A stretch of 64,000 nt of DNA from an uncultured bacterium. GTDB taxonomy: Bacteria; SAR324; NAC60-12. Shown here piece after piece: positions 18,843 through 30,034 of the stretch. Position numbers and translations under genes: made by a program. Within the stretch, counting starts at the first letter, position 1, and each line of letters begins with the position of its first letter. The notes beneath the pieces were generated by a model, which saw only the letters and a list, made by a program, of their open reading frames with translations, was not told the origin of the DNA and searched no databases. Location of the stretch: assembly GCA_965662235.1 (NCBI GenBank), contig CBFIGY010000006.1:45021-109020 (forward strand), written 5' to 3'.

Positions 18843-19942
18843 CGCATCCGGTTCAGGAATTTTGTGCGCGGTTGGACCTGCGGGTTCCGCTGGTGCAGGC
18901 ACCGATGGCCGGAGTTTCCACTCCGGAACTTGCCGCCGCCGTTTGTGAAGCCGGAGGCCTGGGATCTCTGGCGATAGGGGCGCTGTCTGCCTCTGCGGCC
19001 CGGCAGGCGATTGCTGACGTCCGGGAACGCACCCAGCGTCCCTTCAACGTCAACGTTTTTGCCCACCAACCGGAGCCCCGGCAACCGGAGCGGGAGCAGC
19101 AGTGGCTTGATTTCCTGAGACCGTACTTTGAGGCCTTTGGGGCTCCTGTTCCAGAGCAGCTGATGACCCCTTACTTGAGCCTGGAGGAAGACCAGGAGAA
19201 GCAGAAGGTGCTGCTGGAGACGCGTCCGTCGGTGGTGAGTTTTCACTTTGGGCTCCCGGATGCGGGCTTTCTGCAGGCACTGCAGCAGGGCGGATCCCAG
19301 ACGCTGGCCTGCGTCACCACGGTCGCCGAAGCGCAGCAAGCCGAAGCCTTGGGCATTGACCTCTTGGTGGCACAAGGGGTGGAAGCTGGGGGGCACCGAG
19401 GCAACTTTCACCCGCAGCAGGATGAGCAACTGAGCACCCTCGCGCTGGTGCCTCAGGTGGTGGACGCGGTCCGGATCCCGGTGCTTGCGGCAGGAGGCAT
19501 TGGGGACGGCAGAGGGTTTGCGGCAGCGTTGCTTCTGGGAGCGGCCGGAGTTCAGGTGGGAACGGCCTTCATCGGCTGCCCGGAGTCTTCTGCCAGTGCG
19601 GCACATCGAGAAGCGTTGCGTTCGGCAGCCGCTCAGCAGACGGCGTTGACCCGAGCGTTTTCCGGGCGTCCGGCCCGTGGAATCGTCAATCGCTTGGTCC
19701 GGGAAGCTGCAGTGGGGCCACCTCCTCCTGGGTACCCGGAAGCCTACTTTGCCGGAAAGGCCTTGGCCGCCGCCGCGACTCAGGCAGGTCACCATGAATT
19801 TTCCGCCTTCTGGGCCGGACAGGCGGCGCCGCTGAGCGCTTCCGGACAAACGGCTGCGGCAGTGGTGGCCCGCTTTCAGCACGAAGCTCAGGCTGTACTG
19901 CAAGGCGCCTCTTCCCTCCTGAGCTTTCCGGAGCCCTCGTGA
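18839..19942 (+). CDS. Nitronate monooxygenase family flavoprotein
   Basis: LVQAPMAG, VVSFHFGLP, QGVEAGGHRG, AAGGIGDGRG, FSGRPARG, FWAGQ motifs. Confidence 0.92.
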   Translation: MTHPVQEFCARLDLRVPLVQAPMAGVSTPELAAAVCEAGGLGSLAIGALSASAARQAIADVRERTQRPFNVNVFAHQPEPRQPEREQQWLDFLRPYFEAFGAPVPEQLMTPYLSLEEDQEKQKVLLETRPSVVSFHFGLPDAGFLQALQQGGSQTLACVTTVAEAQQAEALGIDLLVAQGVEAGGHRGNFHPQQDEQLSTLALVPQVVDAVRIPVLAAGGIGDGRGFAAALLLGAAGVQVGTAFIGCPESSASAAHREALRSAAAQQTALTRAFSGRPARGIVNRLVREAAVGPPPPGYPEAYFAGKALAAAATQAGHHEFSAFWAGQAAPLSASGQTAAAVVARFQHEAQAVLQGASSLLSFPEPS

Positions 19943-21225
19943 CGCTGGACCTGATCATCCGGAATGCGACCCTCCCAGATGGACGCACGGGCATCGACTT
20001 GGGCATTCAAGGCGAAACGCTGGTTGCGGTGGAGCCCCAGCTTTCGGCAACAGCGCCAGAAGAGTTTGATGCGTCCGGACGGCTGGTCAGCCCGCCATTT
20101 GTTGATGCCCACTTCCACATGGACGCCACACTGTCGCTGGGGCAGCCGCGGCTCAATCAGTCGGGCACCCTCCTCGAAGGAATTGCGCTTTGGGGGGAGC
20201 TGAAGCCGCACCTGACGGTGGAAGCCATCAAGCAGCGCGCACTGCAGTACTGCGAACTGGCCATTGCCCGTGGACTGCTGGCCATCCGGAGCCATGTGGA
20301 CGTCTGTGACCCGCGCTTGCTGGCGGTGGACGCTCTTTTGGAGGTGAAGCAGGAGATGGCACCGTTTCTGGACCTGCAGCTCGTCGCCTTTCCGCAGGAC
20401 GGCTACCTTCGGGACCCTCAGGCCGCGGCGCTTCTCAACGCGGCTCTTGACCGTGGCGTTGAGGTGGTGGGAGGCATTCCGCACTTTGAACGAACGGAGG
20501 AGGAAGGACGGGCGTCTGTGGAGCAGCTCTGTCGCTTGGCTGCGGAGCGTGGCCTTCGGGTGGACATGCACTGCGACGAAAGCGACGATCCCCTTTCTCG
20601 GCATGTGGAGACGCTGACCCGGGAGACGCTTCGGTATGGGCTTCAGGGACGCGTTACCGGATCGCACCTGACGTCGATGCACTCCATGGACAACTACTAC
20701 GTCAGCAAGCTCCTGCCGTTGATGGCAGAGGCCGACCTACAGGTGGTGGCGAATCCGCTCATCAACATCACGCTGCAGGGCCGGCACGATGCCTACCCCA
20801 AGCGTCGAGGGATGACCCGGGTTCCGGAGCAAATGGCCCACGGACTCACTGTTTCCTTTGGACATGACTGCGTCATGGATCCCTGGTATGCGCTGGGATC
20901 CGCGGACCTGCTGGAGGTCGCCAGTATGGGACTGCACGTGGCACAGATGACCGGTGTGGACGCCATGCACGCGTGCTTTGAGGCGGTGACGGTCAACCCC
21001 GCCCGGACGCTGGGCCTCGAGGGCTACGGGCTTGAGCCCGGATGCCAGGCCAGTCTGGTGGTTCTGCAGGCACAGGATCCGCTGGAGGCTTTGCGGCTGA
21101 AGGCACATCGCCTGCTCGTGGTTCGTCGGGGACGAATCCTCGCCCGCTCGCAACCGCTGCAAACAGAAGTCTACCTCCCTGGCGCAACGCGGGTGATCGA
21201 TTTTCAGCAGCGTCCTGTAACTTGA
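19939..21225 (+). CDS. codA: Cytosine deaminase (amidohydrolase family)
   Basis: FVDAHFHMD, SGTLLEGI, VAFPQDG, GGIPHFE, HCDE, FGHDCVMDPWY motifs. Confidence 0.9.
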   Translation: MTLDLIIRNATLPDGRTGIDLGIQGETLVAVEPQLSATAPEEFDASGRLVSPPFVDAHFHMDATLSLGQPRLNQSGTLLEGIALWGELKPHLTVEAIKQRALQYCELAIARGLLAIRSHVDVCDPRLLAVDALLEVKQEMAPFLDLQLVAFPQDGYLRDPQAAALLNAALDRGVEVVGGIPHFERTEEEGRASVEQLCRLAAERGLRVDMHCDESDDPLSRHVETLTRETLRYGLQGRVTGSHLTSMHSMDNYYVSKLLPLMAEADLQVVANPLINITLQGRHDAYPKRRGMTRVPEQMAHGLTVSFGHDCVMDPWYALGSADLLEVASMGLHVAQMTGVDAMHACFEAVTVNPARTLGLEGYGLEPGCQASLVVLQAQDPLEALRLKAHRLLVVRRGRILARSQPLQTEVYLPGATRVIDFQQRPVT

Positions 21226-21314
21226 AACTCTTCCGGATTTCAGGATACTGAGCACCTTACCGCGCCGCCCCTCGACCGTTCTTCCGGACACTCACCTCTC
21301 TCAGGAGCCTTTCG

Positions 21315-21704
21315 ATGCGATACGCCTGGATGATCCTTTTTGTGGTCTTTCTCTTCTTTGCTGCAGACTTTGCGACCAAAAATGCGGATCCGGTCACTGT
21401 AAAGTATCACCTCGAGTGGCTAGGCATCCGATGGAGCAGTGAGGGCCCGCTCTTTGTGCCCATCTTCCTGACGCTGGGGTGGGGAATTCTCTTCAGTGTC
21501 GCCTACTTCTTCTCGTACCACCTGCACCTCCGTCGACAGGCTCACCGGAACCTGCAGGAGGTCAAGCGCCTGAAACGGCTGGTCTTGGTGGAGCGGGAGA
21601 AAACCAAGGGGCTGGAGCAGCGTAACACGGAACTGCAGCAGATTGCCGAACGCGTTCAGCTGCAGCTGGAAGGCAACACCTCTTTGCCGGCGACGCCGTC
21701 TTAA
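21315..21704 (+). CDS. LapA-like membrane protein (two TM helices plus coiled coil)
   Basis: FATKNADPVTVKY resembles the LapA FAxxNxxxVxxxY motif; AGGAG RBS. Confidence 0.55.
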   Translation: MRYAWMILFVVFLFFAADFATKNADPVTVKYHLEWLGIRWSSEGPLFVPIFLTLGWGILFSVAYFFSYHLHLRRQAHRNLQEVKRLKRLVLVEREKTKGLEQRNTELQQIAERVQLQLEGNTSLPATPS

Positions 21705-21818
21705 GCAACCTAGGGGGAAAGCCCCGGGCCCGGAGTGCTGGCCGCCAGAAAAACGTGGGTTGGGAGCAATGAAACCACCGCGGAGCCTCTTGTGACTCCA
21801 CGGCAGCGGCCGGAAGGC

Positions 21819-22574
21819 TTAGAGGTGCTTCTCAAGGAAAGCGGTGGTGCGGCCCCAAGCCTGCTTGGCCGATTCTTCCCGATACGCGCGGGTGTTGTCC
21901 TTATTGGCGAAGGCGTGTCCGGCGTTTTCGTAGATGAAGATTTCGTGGTCACCTCCCTGCGTCTTCAGCGTCGCCTGGAAGGCCCGGACGTCATCCACCT
22001 TGATGGAGCGGTCTTCGGCGCCAAAGTGCCCCATGATGCTCGCGCGCATCATAGCCAAGTCATCCGCAGGATTGAACTGCCCGTAGTACATCACGGACGC
22101 CCGGACGCCTAGGTCGTTCTTGGCCATCTGATAGGCCCATCCTCCCCCAAAGCACCAACCCACTGCAGCGAGGCGATTGGGATCCACTTCCGGGTGAGAC
22201 TTGAGGAAGTCCACCGCACTCCGGAGGTTGGTGAAGGCGCCATCTAGGTTCCCCCGCACTGAGCCTGCCAGCCGTCGTGCATCCTGCGGGTCGGTCGCCG
22301 ATTCGCCGTTGTACATGTCCACGGCCAGCGCCACGTATCCGAGGTCGGCAAACTCTTGGGCGAAGTCCCGGATGTTGTCGTTCAGGCCCCACCACTCATG
22401 GATCAGGATCAAAGCCGGTTTCTTGCCGGGTTGATCGGGAACCACGAGGGTGCCTTGGGAGTTCGGTTGTGTGGCGTCATAGGAGACGGTGGATACCTGG
22501 TTGTCTGCGAGCGCTAGGCCGGAACCAAGGAAGAGGGCCAAGCTGGCCAGAAGGGTTCGTTTGAGTGCAAACAT
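21819..22574 (-). CDS. Exported dienelactone hydrolase family protein
   Basis: Signal peptide, IHEWWGLN, GWCFGG, AGHAFAN; GAGGAG RBS. Confidence 0.92.
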   Translation of the reverse strand: MFALKRTLLASLALFLGSGLALADNQVSTVSYDATQPNSQGTLVVPDQPGKKPALILIHEWWGLNDNIRDFAQEFADLGYVALAVDMYNGESATDPQDARRLAGSVRGNLDGAFTNLRSAVDFLKSHPEVDPNRLAAVGWCFGGGWAYQMAKNDLGVRASVMYYGQFNPADDLAMMRASIMGHFGAEDRSIKVDDVRAFQATLKTQGGDHEIFIYENAGHAFANKDNTRAYREESAKQAWGRTTAFLEKHL

Positions 22575-22828
22575 GCGGGACTCCTCATAGAAGGGATTGA
22601 GTTGTAAAAGGGTACCTTTCCGTTATCGCAAATTCCTGAACGTCGTCAACTGCGGAATCGAAACGAAATGTGACAGAACCGGCAGGCCCCGTCCGGCTTC
22701 TTGCGCTTCCCGGGCATCTCGGGCATGATTGCTGGCAGGTTTACTGCCCCCCTTTCCCTAGGGACGCCGCTTGGTTCCGCCCGGCCTCCCAGGTCCCGAC
22801 TTTCAACATAAATGAGGAACGAGCAGCC

Positions 22829-23542
22829 ATGAAGATTGGAATCTTGCAGTGTGATGAAACCCGAGAGGAACTGCGCCCCCTACACGGCAACTATCCGGAC
22901 ATGTTCTTTCGGTTGCTCCGTCCCCTCCGAGAGGGCCTGCAGTTTGAGGTCTACCGTGTTCAGGATCAGGAGTACCCGCAGACCCCTGACGAGTGTGACG
23001 GTTACATCATCACCGGAAGCAAGCGCAGCGTCTATGAAGAGGAGCCCTGGATTCAGCAGCTGGAAGAACAGGTCCGGCACCTCTACGAGCAGAAGGCGCC
23101 CCTGCTGGGCATCTGCTTCGGACACCAGATGGTGGCTCAGGCGCTAGGCGGAAAGACTGAAAAGGCCTCGCAGGGATGGGGCGTGGGGGTTCAGACCTAT
23201 CAGGTCAATGTGCGGGACTCGTGGATGACGCCGGAGCTGGAAACGTTCTCCATTGTCGCGAGCCACCAGGATCAGGTGACGCAACTGCCGCCGGATGCTG
23301 AACTCATGGGCGCCAACGCATTTTGTCCAAACGCTATGTTCCGGATGGGCAAGCAGGTGCTGGCGTTTCAAGGACATCCGGAGTTTGAGAAGGGGTACTC
23401 GCTGGACCTGATGAAGCTCCGGGAGGACCTGCTGGGGCCTCAAGTGTTTGCCGAAGGCGTGGCATCTTTGGAAAAGCCGGTGCAGTCCTGGGAGGTGGGA
23501 AACTGGATGCTGAATTTCCTTCAGGAGGCATCCGGGCGCTGA
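22829..23542 (+). CDS. Class I glutamine amidotransferase-like protein
   Basis: MKIGIL, ITGS, LGICFGHQ, SHQDQV, FQGHPEF motifs. Confidence 0.9.
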   Translation: MKIGILQCDETREELRPLHGNYPDMFFRLLRPLREGLQFEVYRVQDQEYPQTPDECDGYIITGSKRSVYEEEPWIQQLEEQVRHLYEQKAPLLGICFGHQMVAQALGGKTEKASQGWGVGVQTYQVNVRDSWMTPELETFSIVASHQDQVTQLPPDAELMGANAFCPNAMFRMGKQVLAFQGHPEFEKGYSLDLMKLREDLLGPQVFAEGVASLEKPVQSWEVGNWMLNFLQEASGR

Positions 23543-24306
23543 GCCGGCGCCGGTTCGGTTCGGGTCTTGATCCACAGGTCGGCGTACTTGACAAAAGTGG
23601 AGTGAGACGACAGGGCGGCCAGCAGAAACCCTTGGCGCCCATCTAGGAATCCCGCCTTGACCAGGTACATCTTCACAAAGCACCCGAAGGCGTGCAGCAG
23701 AGCGGTTCGCAGAGTGGTGCTGCGGTTTTGCTGCCGACGGGCCTCGCTCCAGTCATCGGCATAGCGGGCAGACTTTTCTAGGTAGTGCCGCAGGTCTCGG
23801 TAGGTGAAGTGGAGGAGGTCGCCCTGAAGCTTCCGGACCGGTAGGCCCTGTGGATTCTGGACCGACTCATGGACTCGGGCGTCATCGTAGCCCGCCTGTC
23901 CCTTCGGGTAGAGCCGCGCCACCCAGTCTGGATACCAGCCGGAGTGCCGGATGTAACGTCCAAAGCACCAGCTCAGCCGCGGCAGTTCAGCCACCACCGG
24001 AACATTTTCCTGAACGACCGCCTGAATGCTCGCCCGCAGTTCCGGAGTCACCCGTTCATCAGCGTCAATCATCAGGATCCACTCCGAGGACACCAGCTGC
24101 TCCGCCCGTTGCCGCTGGGTTCCGTATCCGTCCCAATCGGTCCGCACCTCCACTCGGGCTCCCCACTGCTGAGCTAGGGACACGGTCGCATCGTCACTCC
24201 CTGAATCCAGAACCAGCACCTCGTCCACCCAGTCCAGGGTCCGGAGGCATTCCGGCAGATTCGTGGCTTCATTTTTGGTCAAAATCACAACAGAGAGCGT
24301 GGGCAT
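23521..24306 (-). CDS. GT2 LPS-core glycosyltransferase (WaaE/KdtX/LgtF-like)
   Basis: LSVVILTKNEA, LDSGSDD, IDADER, VHES, GFLDGRQG motifs. Confidence 0.9.
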   Translation of the reverse strand: MPTLSVVILTKNEATNLPECLRTLDWVDEVLVLDSGSDDATVSLAQQWGARVEVRTDWDGYGTQRQRAEQLVSSEWILMIDADERVTPELRASIQAVVQENVPVVAELPRLSWCFGRYIRHSGWYPDWVARLYPKGQAGYDDARVHESVQNPQGLPVRKLQGDLLHFTYRDLRHYLEKSARYADDWSEARRQQNRSTTLRTALLHAFGCFVKMYLVKAGFLDGRQGFLLAALSSHSTFVKYADLWIKTRTEPAPAQRPDAS

Positions 24307-24468
24307 GAAAACGCTGGAAGGGGGGTGAGGTGAAGAAAAAATTGGGGACCTGTCGCCGAGGCTGAGGCCCGTTGTGGAAAAACCGAAATGTCTTGAGGCG
24401 AAGCGGTGGGGACGCTATATTTTCAAGGCTAAACAGATCCTTTTTGCTGCTTCATCATTCAACTGCGC

Positions 24469-25041
24469 ATGACTGCTTCCAGGAACACGGACCCCATTGT
24501 CATCAAGAAGTACGCCAACCGCCGCCTGTACAATGTCACGCACAGCGGCTACTTGACCATTGATGACCTGGTGGAGTTGATTCTGGAGGGCAATGAGGTG
24601 CAGGTGTTCGACTCCAAGACGAAGGAGGACATCACGCAGAACGTCCTGACTCAGATCTTCTTGGAAAAAAACACCTTTCTGTTTTCCTCTGCATTCCTTC
24701 ATCAGCTCATCCGGAACCACAACGGTGTGATGGGGGAGTTTTTTACCGAGTTTGTTCCCAAACTGCTCGACTCCTACTTGGAAACCCGGGACATCATGCG
24801 GCGTCAAATGAACGCACTGGTCTCTCCGCAGGGGTGGATGCAGGCGTCGACCATGCCGAACCTCATGAACCCCTTTGCCAGCTTCGCGGAGCACATGGAC
24901 CGCCTCCGGAGCACCGCGGACCCTGAGCCATCTGCGTCCCACGAGGCTTCTTCAGAAGAAGAGGCGCCTCAGCAGGAGGTAGATGCCCTGCAGGCCCGGA
25001 TCCGTGAACTGGAACGGGAAGTTGAGGAGTTGAAAGCCTAA
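24469..25041 (+). CDS. phaR: Polyhydroxyalkanoate synthesis regulator PhaR family
   Basis: [11 protein letters not shown]...YLTIDDL...DSKTKEDIT...LTQIFLE DNA-binding domain. Confidence 0.82.
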   Translation: MTASRNTDPIVIKKYANRRLYNVTHSGYLTIDDLVELILEGNEVQVFDSKTKEDITQNVLTQIFLEKNTFLFSSAFLHQLIRNHNGVMGEFFTEFVPKLLDSYLETRDIMRRQMNALVSPQGWMQASTMPNLMNPFASFAEHMDRLRSTADPEPSASHEASSEEEAPQQEVDALQARIRELEREVEELKA

Positions 25042-26471
25042 TGGAATTTGAACCTGTTATTGGACTGGAAATCCACGCACAGCTGGCCACCCAGTCGAAG
25101 ATCTTCTGTAGCTGCCCGACGACCTTTGGTCAGGATCCGAACGCCAACACCTGCCCCGTCTGCCTTGGCCTGCCGGGAGCTCTGCCGGTGCTCAACCGTC
25201 AGGTGCTGGAGTTCGCCGTTAAGCTGGGACTGGCCACCAACTGTGAGATCCGCCTCGACTCGCAGTTTGCCCGGAAGAACTACTTTTACCCAGATCTGCC
25301 CAAAGCGTATCAAATCTCACAGTATGACCGTCCCATTTGTGAGAACGGCTGGATTGAGATTGAGGTCGAGGGAGCCCCCAAGCGCATTGGCATCACCCGC
25401 ATCCATCTGGAAGAAGACGCGGGGAAACTGGTCCACGACTCCGCCGGAGACTCGAGTCACATTGACCTGAACCGGGCCGGGGTGCCGCTGTTGGAAATTG
25501 TCAGTGAACCGGACCTACGCTCTCCGGAAGAGGCTAAGGCATACATGGAGAAGATCCACTCCATTGTGACCTACCTAGGCGTCTGCGAAGGCGACCTAGA
25601 GAAGGGGCACTTCCGCTGTGACGCCAACGTGTCCATCCGCCCCCGGGGGCAGGAGGCCTTTGGGGTCCGAGCCGAGATCAAGAACCTCAACTCCTTCCGC
25701 TTCATCCAGCAGGCGGTGGCTTACGAAATCGAACGGCACCGGGAAGAGGTCCTCGACGGACGGACGCTGGTGCAGGAAACCCGACTCTGGGACTCCGAAC
25801 GTCGCGTCACCTTTACCATGCGGACCAAGGAAGAGGCGGAAGATTACCGCTACTTCCCCGATCCGGACCTTCCTCTTGCTCAGGTGACGGCCGAGCAGGT
25901 GGAAGCCATCCGGGCGCAACTGCCGGAGCTGCCGGACGCCAAGCGCGATCGCTACCACCAGGAGTTTGGGCTGAGTCCTTATGACGCAGGGGTTCTTGTG
26001 GCGAGCCAAGAGGTGGCTCACTTCTTTGAGGCCTCGGTTCAAGCAGGAGCAGACCCCAAGCTGGCCTGCAACTGGATCATGGGAGAGTTCATCCGTGTCA
26101 TGAACGAGTCCGGAGGCTCCATTCACGAGGTGGGGTTGCCTCCAGAGCACCTAGCGGAACTGACGCAGCTGCTCCAGAAGGGAGAGATCAGCAGCAAGAT
26201 TGCCAAGACCGTGTTTGATGAGTCCCGGAAGACCGGGCAACGTCCCCAAGAGGTGGTGGAAGCAAAGGGGCTGCGGCAGGTTTCAGACACTGGCGCGCTG
26301 GCGGCACTGGTTGATGAGGTGCTGGCGGCAAATCCATCTCAGGTGGAACAGTACCGAGCAGGGAAGGTTCAGCTCCTCGGGTTCTTTGTCGGGCAGATGA
26401 TGAAGCAAACCAAGGGGCAGGGCAACCCCCAAGTCATTAACCAACTACTCAAGGAGCGTCTCGATGGCTAG
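25041..26471 (+). CDS. gatB: Asp-tRNA(Asn)/Glu-tRNA(Gln) amidotransferase subunit B
   Basis: [47 protein letters not shown] motifs. Confidence 0.98.
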   Translation: MEFEPVIGLEIHAQLATQSKIFCSCPTTFGQDPNANTCPVCLGLPGALPVLNRQVLEFAVKLGLATNCEIRLDSQFARKNYFYPDLPKAYQISQYDRPICENGWIEIEVEGAPKRIGITRIHLEEDAGKLVHDSAGDSSHIDLNRAGVPLLEIVSEPDLRSPEEAKAYMEKIHSIVTYLGVCEGDLEKGHFRCDANVSIRPRGQEAFGVRAEIKNLNSFRFIQQAVAYEIERHREEVLDGRTLVQETRLWDSERRVTFTMRTKEEAEDYRYFPDPDLPLAQVTAEQVEAIRAQLPELPDAKRDRYHQEFGLSPYDAGVLVASQEVAHFFEASVQAGADPKLACNWIMGEFIRVMNESGGSIHEVGLPPEHLAELTQLLQKGEISSKIAKTVFDESRKTGQRPQEVVEAKGLRQVSDTGALAALVDEVLAANPSQVEQYRAGKVQLLGFFVGQMMKQTKGQGNPQVINQLLKERLDG

Positions 26472-27180
26472 TCCAGCTTTAGAGCCTCAGTCTCCCCTCA
26501 TTCCTGCTCTGGGCGCCGCTTCGCTTTTGGCGTTGGCCGGGAGCGTGTACTGGGTGTTTGGGGTGGCCCCCACAGAGATGGAACAGGGCTTTGTGCAGAA
26601 GATCATGTACCTGCATGTGCCCTCTGTGATTGTGTCATATGTCGCGTTCTTCATCGTGTTTGCCTTCAGCATCGGGTACCTGTGGAAGCGTGACCTGATG
26701 TTTGATCGGATCGCCAAGGCGTCGGCTGAGATTGGGCTGCTGTTCTGTGCAATGGTGCTCATCACCGGAGCCGTGTGGGGACGTCCCACCTGGGGCACGT
26801 ACTGGGTGTGGGATGCACGCCTGACCACAACCCTGCTGCTCTTCCTCATCTTTGTGGGCTACTTCCTGCTCCGAGCCGCGACCCCGGAGCGTCACAAGGA
26901 GGCCCGCCTGGCTTCAGTGCTGGGCATCATCGGCTTCCTAGACATTCCCATCATCCACAAATCGGTGGAGTGGTGGCGCACCCTGCATCAACCGTCCACC
27001 CTGTTTAAGGTGCAGGAGGGGCAGGCCAAGCCGGCAATGCCGCCAGAACTGCTCTACCCCCTGCTCACCTGCATGGGCGCCATGCTCGTCTTCTACGTCT
27101 TCCTGCTCCTGCTCCGGACCAAAACGGAGGAGCTTCACGATGAGTTGCAGGAGCAACTGGCTCTCGCCAATGAAGGGTAA
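26464..27180 (+). CDS. ccmC: Cytochrome c maturation protein CcmC
   Basis: [22 protein letters not shown] (WWD motif), WWRTLHQ. Confidence 0.95.
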   Translation: MASPALEPQSPLIPALGAASLLALAGSVYWVFGVAPTEMEQGFVQKIMYLHVPSVIVSYVAFFIVFAFSIGYLWKRDLMFDRIAKASAEIGLLFCAMVLITGAVWGRPTWGTYWVWDARLTTTLLLFLIFVGYFLLRAATPERHKEARLASVLGIIGFLDIPIIHKSVEWWRTLHQPSTLFKVQEGQAKPAMPPELLYPLLTCMGAMLVFYVFLLLLRTKTEELHDELQEQLALANEG

Positions 27181-27186
27181 GCAACC

Positions 27187-27354
27187 ATGCCCATGAACCT
27201 GGAATACGTCCTCTTCAGCTACGGCATCTGGGGCATCGCCTTTCTGGTCTATGTGCCCTGGGTGGCGCTGAAGCTGCGGCGCTACCGCCAAGGGCTGCAG
27301 CAGCTTAAGGAGGCTCAGCCCACTGCAACGTCCTCTTCCATGAAGGCTTCATGA
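27187..27354 (+). CDS. ccmD: CcmD-like small membrane protein (55 aa, not in ORF track)
   Basis: MPMNLEYVLFSYGIWGIAFLVYVPWVALKLRRYRQGLQQLKE...: TM helix plus basic tail, between ccmC and ccmE, ATGA overlap with ccmE. Confidence 0.8.
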   Translation: MPMNLEYVLFSYGIWGIAFLVYVPWVALKLRRYRQGLQQLKEAQPTATSSSMKAS

Positions 27355-27788
27355 AAACACGAACCAAGTTTGTGATTGGTGGGGCGGCCATCTTGGCTGT
27401 CCTGACTCTGCTCTCCGTTCAGGGGTTGCAGGAGATGACCGTCTTCTTCTACACCCCCCAAGAAGTGCTGGCTCAGCCAGCGGATTTTGAAGAAAAGACC
27501 ATCCGGATCGGTGCGTTGGTCATGCCCGGCACCTCCGACTGGAATGCCAAAGACATCCAGCTGGCCTTCCGGATCACAGAAGACTCGCAGCACTCCATTC
27601 CTGTGGTGTACCAGGGCGTCAAGCCTGACATGTTCCGGGAAGGGCAGGGCGTGGTGGTGGAAGGGCGGATGCGCTCTGACGGGACCTTCCACGCCGATCA
27701 GCTGCTGGTCAAGCATAGTGAAGACTACAAGGTGGATCCTAACCACCAAAAGAGCAAAGACGAGTACTACAAGTCCCTGGCGCAATAA
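27351..27788 (+). CDS. ccmE: Heme chaperone CcmE
   Basis: FFYTP, PDMFREGQGVVVEG, LVKHSEDY (HxxxY heme site). Confidence 0.95.
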   Translation: MKTRTKFVIGGAAILAVLTLLSVQGLQEMTVFFYTPQEVLAQPADFEEKTIRIGALVMPGTSDWNAKDIQLAFRITEDSQHSIPVVYQGVKPDMFREGQGVVVEGRMRSDGTFHADQLLVKHSEDYKVDPNHQKSKDEYYKSLAQ

Positions 27789-27802
27789 GCGAGCCCCTGG
27801 GA

Positions 27803-30034
27803 ATGTGGACCCGCTTCCGATCCGTTCAGGTTCAGCTGCATGAGCTGATCGCTGAAGACCCCCGCATCCGGAACCGCCTCCTGGCGGTTCTGATGCTCCT
27901 TGCCCTCCTCTTCTTCCTCACGACTTTCAGCTTCCGGCAAGGCCTCCCGCTCCAGGATGAGAGCGAGTCTCGGCTGGTGCTGTTTCTGGCAATCAACGTC
28001 AACATTGTTCTGATTGCCATCGTCTTCTACCTCATCGCCAAGAACCTCCTCAAGCTGGCCTACGAGCGTCGGCAGCGGGCGTTGGGGGTGAACCTGAAGA
28101 CCAAGCTGATCCTCTCCTTCATTGTGCTGTCTCTGCCAGCGCTGGGCTTTCACCTCTTTGCTAGCACCTTTGTGGTCTCTACGTTGGAGACCTGGATTGT
28201 TGATCAGCACCGCAGCGTGGTCCGGAGCGCCCAGCAGGTTTCAGAGGTCTACCACCAGAACCTGCGGACCACGCTGGAGCTGCAAGCCCGCCTCCTGGAG
28301 CAAAACCTCCGGGAGCACCGGGCATCCGGAGGGCAGTGGAACACCTGGCGTCCCGATGCGCAGCTGGGGGCCGGGGTGATTCTCTACGACCAAGACCGCG
28401 TCATCCTGCAGCGCTCGCTCCGGACCGAGGTGGCTCAGGACTCGTGGCGCCCGCTTTCCGGAGCCGAATGGTTGCAGGTGGAAGAACAGCAGACCTCGTG
28501 GCTCACGGAAGCCGGGGAGCAGCGTCTGATGTACCGGCACCTCCGGGCCGTTGAGACCCCGGAAGGGCGTGTGTGGCTGGAGGTCTTCCAGCCATCGGCT
28601 CGGCCGGCCTCTCAGGCGATCAACATGATCATCCAGCAGCAGCACACCAGTGAGTTCCTGACCGCCTCGGAAGACCTCATTCGACGCTACTACATTGTGG
28701 TCTTTTTGCTGATGATGTCCTTCATCATCTTTGTGGCCACCTGGCTCGCCTTCTACCTCGCCCGCGGGTTTGTGGAGCCGATTGAGGAGCTTGCTCAGGC
28801 CACCGAACGGGTCGCTAGCGGTGAATTGGGGTATCAGGTGCAACTGGAAATGTCACTGGACCGCGACTTTGCCCTGCTGATCAGCTCCTTCAATGCCATG
28901 AGCCTGGACCTGCAGGAAAGCCGCTTGGCTCTGGAACAGACCACAGAAAACCTGCAACAGAGCAACCGGGTTCTCGAGGAGCATACCCGGTTTGTGGAGC
29001 TGGTTCTGGAAAACATCAGCACCGGAGTGGTCTCCCTTGACCTTCAGGGACGCATCGAAGGCGCCAACCGCGCCGCCAAACAGCTGTTGCAGTTCCGAGG
29101 CGCGGATCCGCACAATCAGTACTTCCGGGAGGCGCTGGAGAAGGAATCGCTGGACGCACTGGAGGGCATGCTCGAGGAAATGCGGACCGGCGGGACCGTT
29201 GTTTCCCGGAACCTAACCATCACTAAAGAGGCTCCCATCCACGTCGTAGTTGCGTTGCTGCCGCTGGAGAATCGCAAACGTGAAGCCGTTGGCACCGTGC
29301 TGGTCTGCAACAACATCACCGAAATTCAGCGCCTGCAGCGTGCTCAGGCCTGGCGGGAGGTTGCTCGACGCATTGCCCATGAAATCAAAAATCCACTGAC
29401 GCCGATTCAGCTCTCCGCCGAGCGGATCCTCCGCAAGTACGCTCCTCAGGTTGCGGACGACACAACCCTCCGTCAAGCGACTCAGACAATTGTCCGGGAG
29501 GTGGAGCGTCTCAAGCAAATGGTGGCCGAGTTCTCTCAGTTTGCCCGCATTCCAGAATCGAACCCCCAGCCGGGTGACTTCAACGAACTCCTCCGCGAGG
29601 TGGAATCCCTCTACGCGGAAAACCTCCCCGGACGGATGGCCCTCCGGGTTGAGCTCGACACGACTCTGCCGAATTTTCCATTTGATCATGAGCAGATGCG
29701 GCGAGCCCTCATCAATCTGGTCGATAATGCCATTGATGCCATTGAGAAAAAAGGACGCCTGTCGCGCCTGTTCCGTCAAGGAGAGATTGTCCTGCGGTCC
29801 CGGTTTGATGCGCCGTTACGGATTGCTCACATTGAAGTGGAAGACAATGGCGCCGGCATTGAGCCGGAGGTGGCCGATCGCCTCTTTGACCCCTATGCGA
29901 CCACCAAGCCCGACGGCACCGGACTGGGTCTGACCATCTTGAACCAGACCGTCTCTGACCATAACGGTTTTGTCCGCTTCCGGAACCGTGAACCCAGCGG
30001 AGCCCTGTTCATCATTGAGCTGCCCACCACCTGA
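27803..30034 (+). CDS. NtrY-like sensor histidine kinase (TM-HAMP-PAS-HisKA-HATPase)
   Basis: AWREVARRIAHEIKNPLTPIQLSAER, FSQFARIP, NLVDNA, DNGAG, GTGLGL motifs. Confidence 0.9.
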   Translation: MWTRFRSVQVQLHELIAEDPRIRNRLLAVLMLLALLFFLTTFSFRQGLPLQDESESRLVLFLAINVNIVLIAIVFYLIAKNLLKLAYERRQRALGVNLKTKLILSFIVLSLPALGFHLFASTFVVSTLETWIVDQHRSVVRSAQQVSEVYHQNLRTTLELQARLLEQNLREHRASGGQWNTWRPDAQLGAGVILYDQDRVILQRSLRTEVAQDSWRPLSGAEWLQVEEQQTSWLTEAGEQRLMYRHLRAVETPEGRVWLEVFQPSARPASQAINMIIQQQHTSEFLTASEDLIRRYYIVVFLLMMSFIIFVATWLAFYLARGFVEPIEELAQATERVASGELGYQVQLEMSLDRDFALLISSFNAMSLDLQESRLALEQTTENLQQSNRVLEEHTRFVELVLENISTGVVSLDLQGRIEGANRAAKQLLQFRGADPHNQYFREALEKESLDALEGMLEEMRTGGTVVSRNLTITKEAPIHVVVALLPLENRKREAVGTVLVCNNITEIQRLQRAQAWREVARRIAHEIKNPLTPIQLSAERILRKYAPQVADDTTLRQATQTIVREVERLKQMVAEFSQFARIPESNPQPGDFNELLREVESLYAENLPGRMALRVELDTTLPNFPFDHEQMRRALINLVDNAIDAIEKKGRLSRLFRQGEIVLRSRFDAPLRIAHIEVEDNGAGIEPEVADRLFDPYATTKPDGTGLGLTILNQTVSDHNGFVRFRNREPSGALFIIELPTT

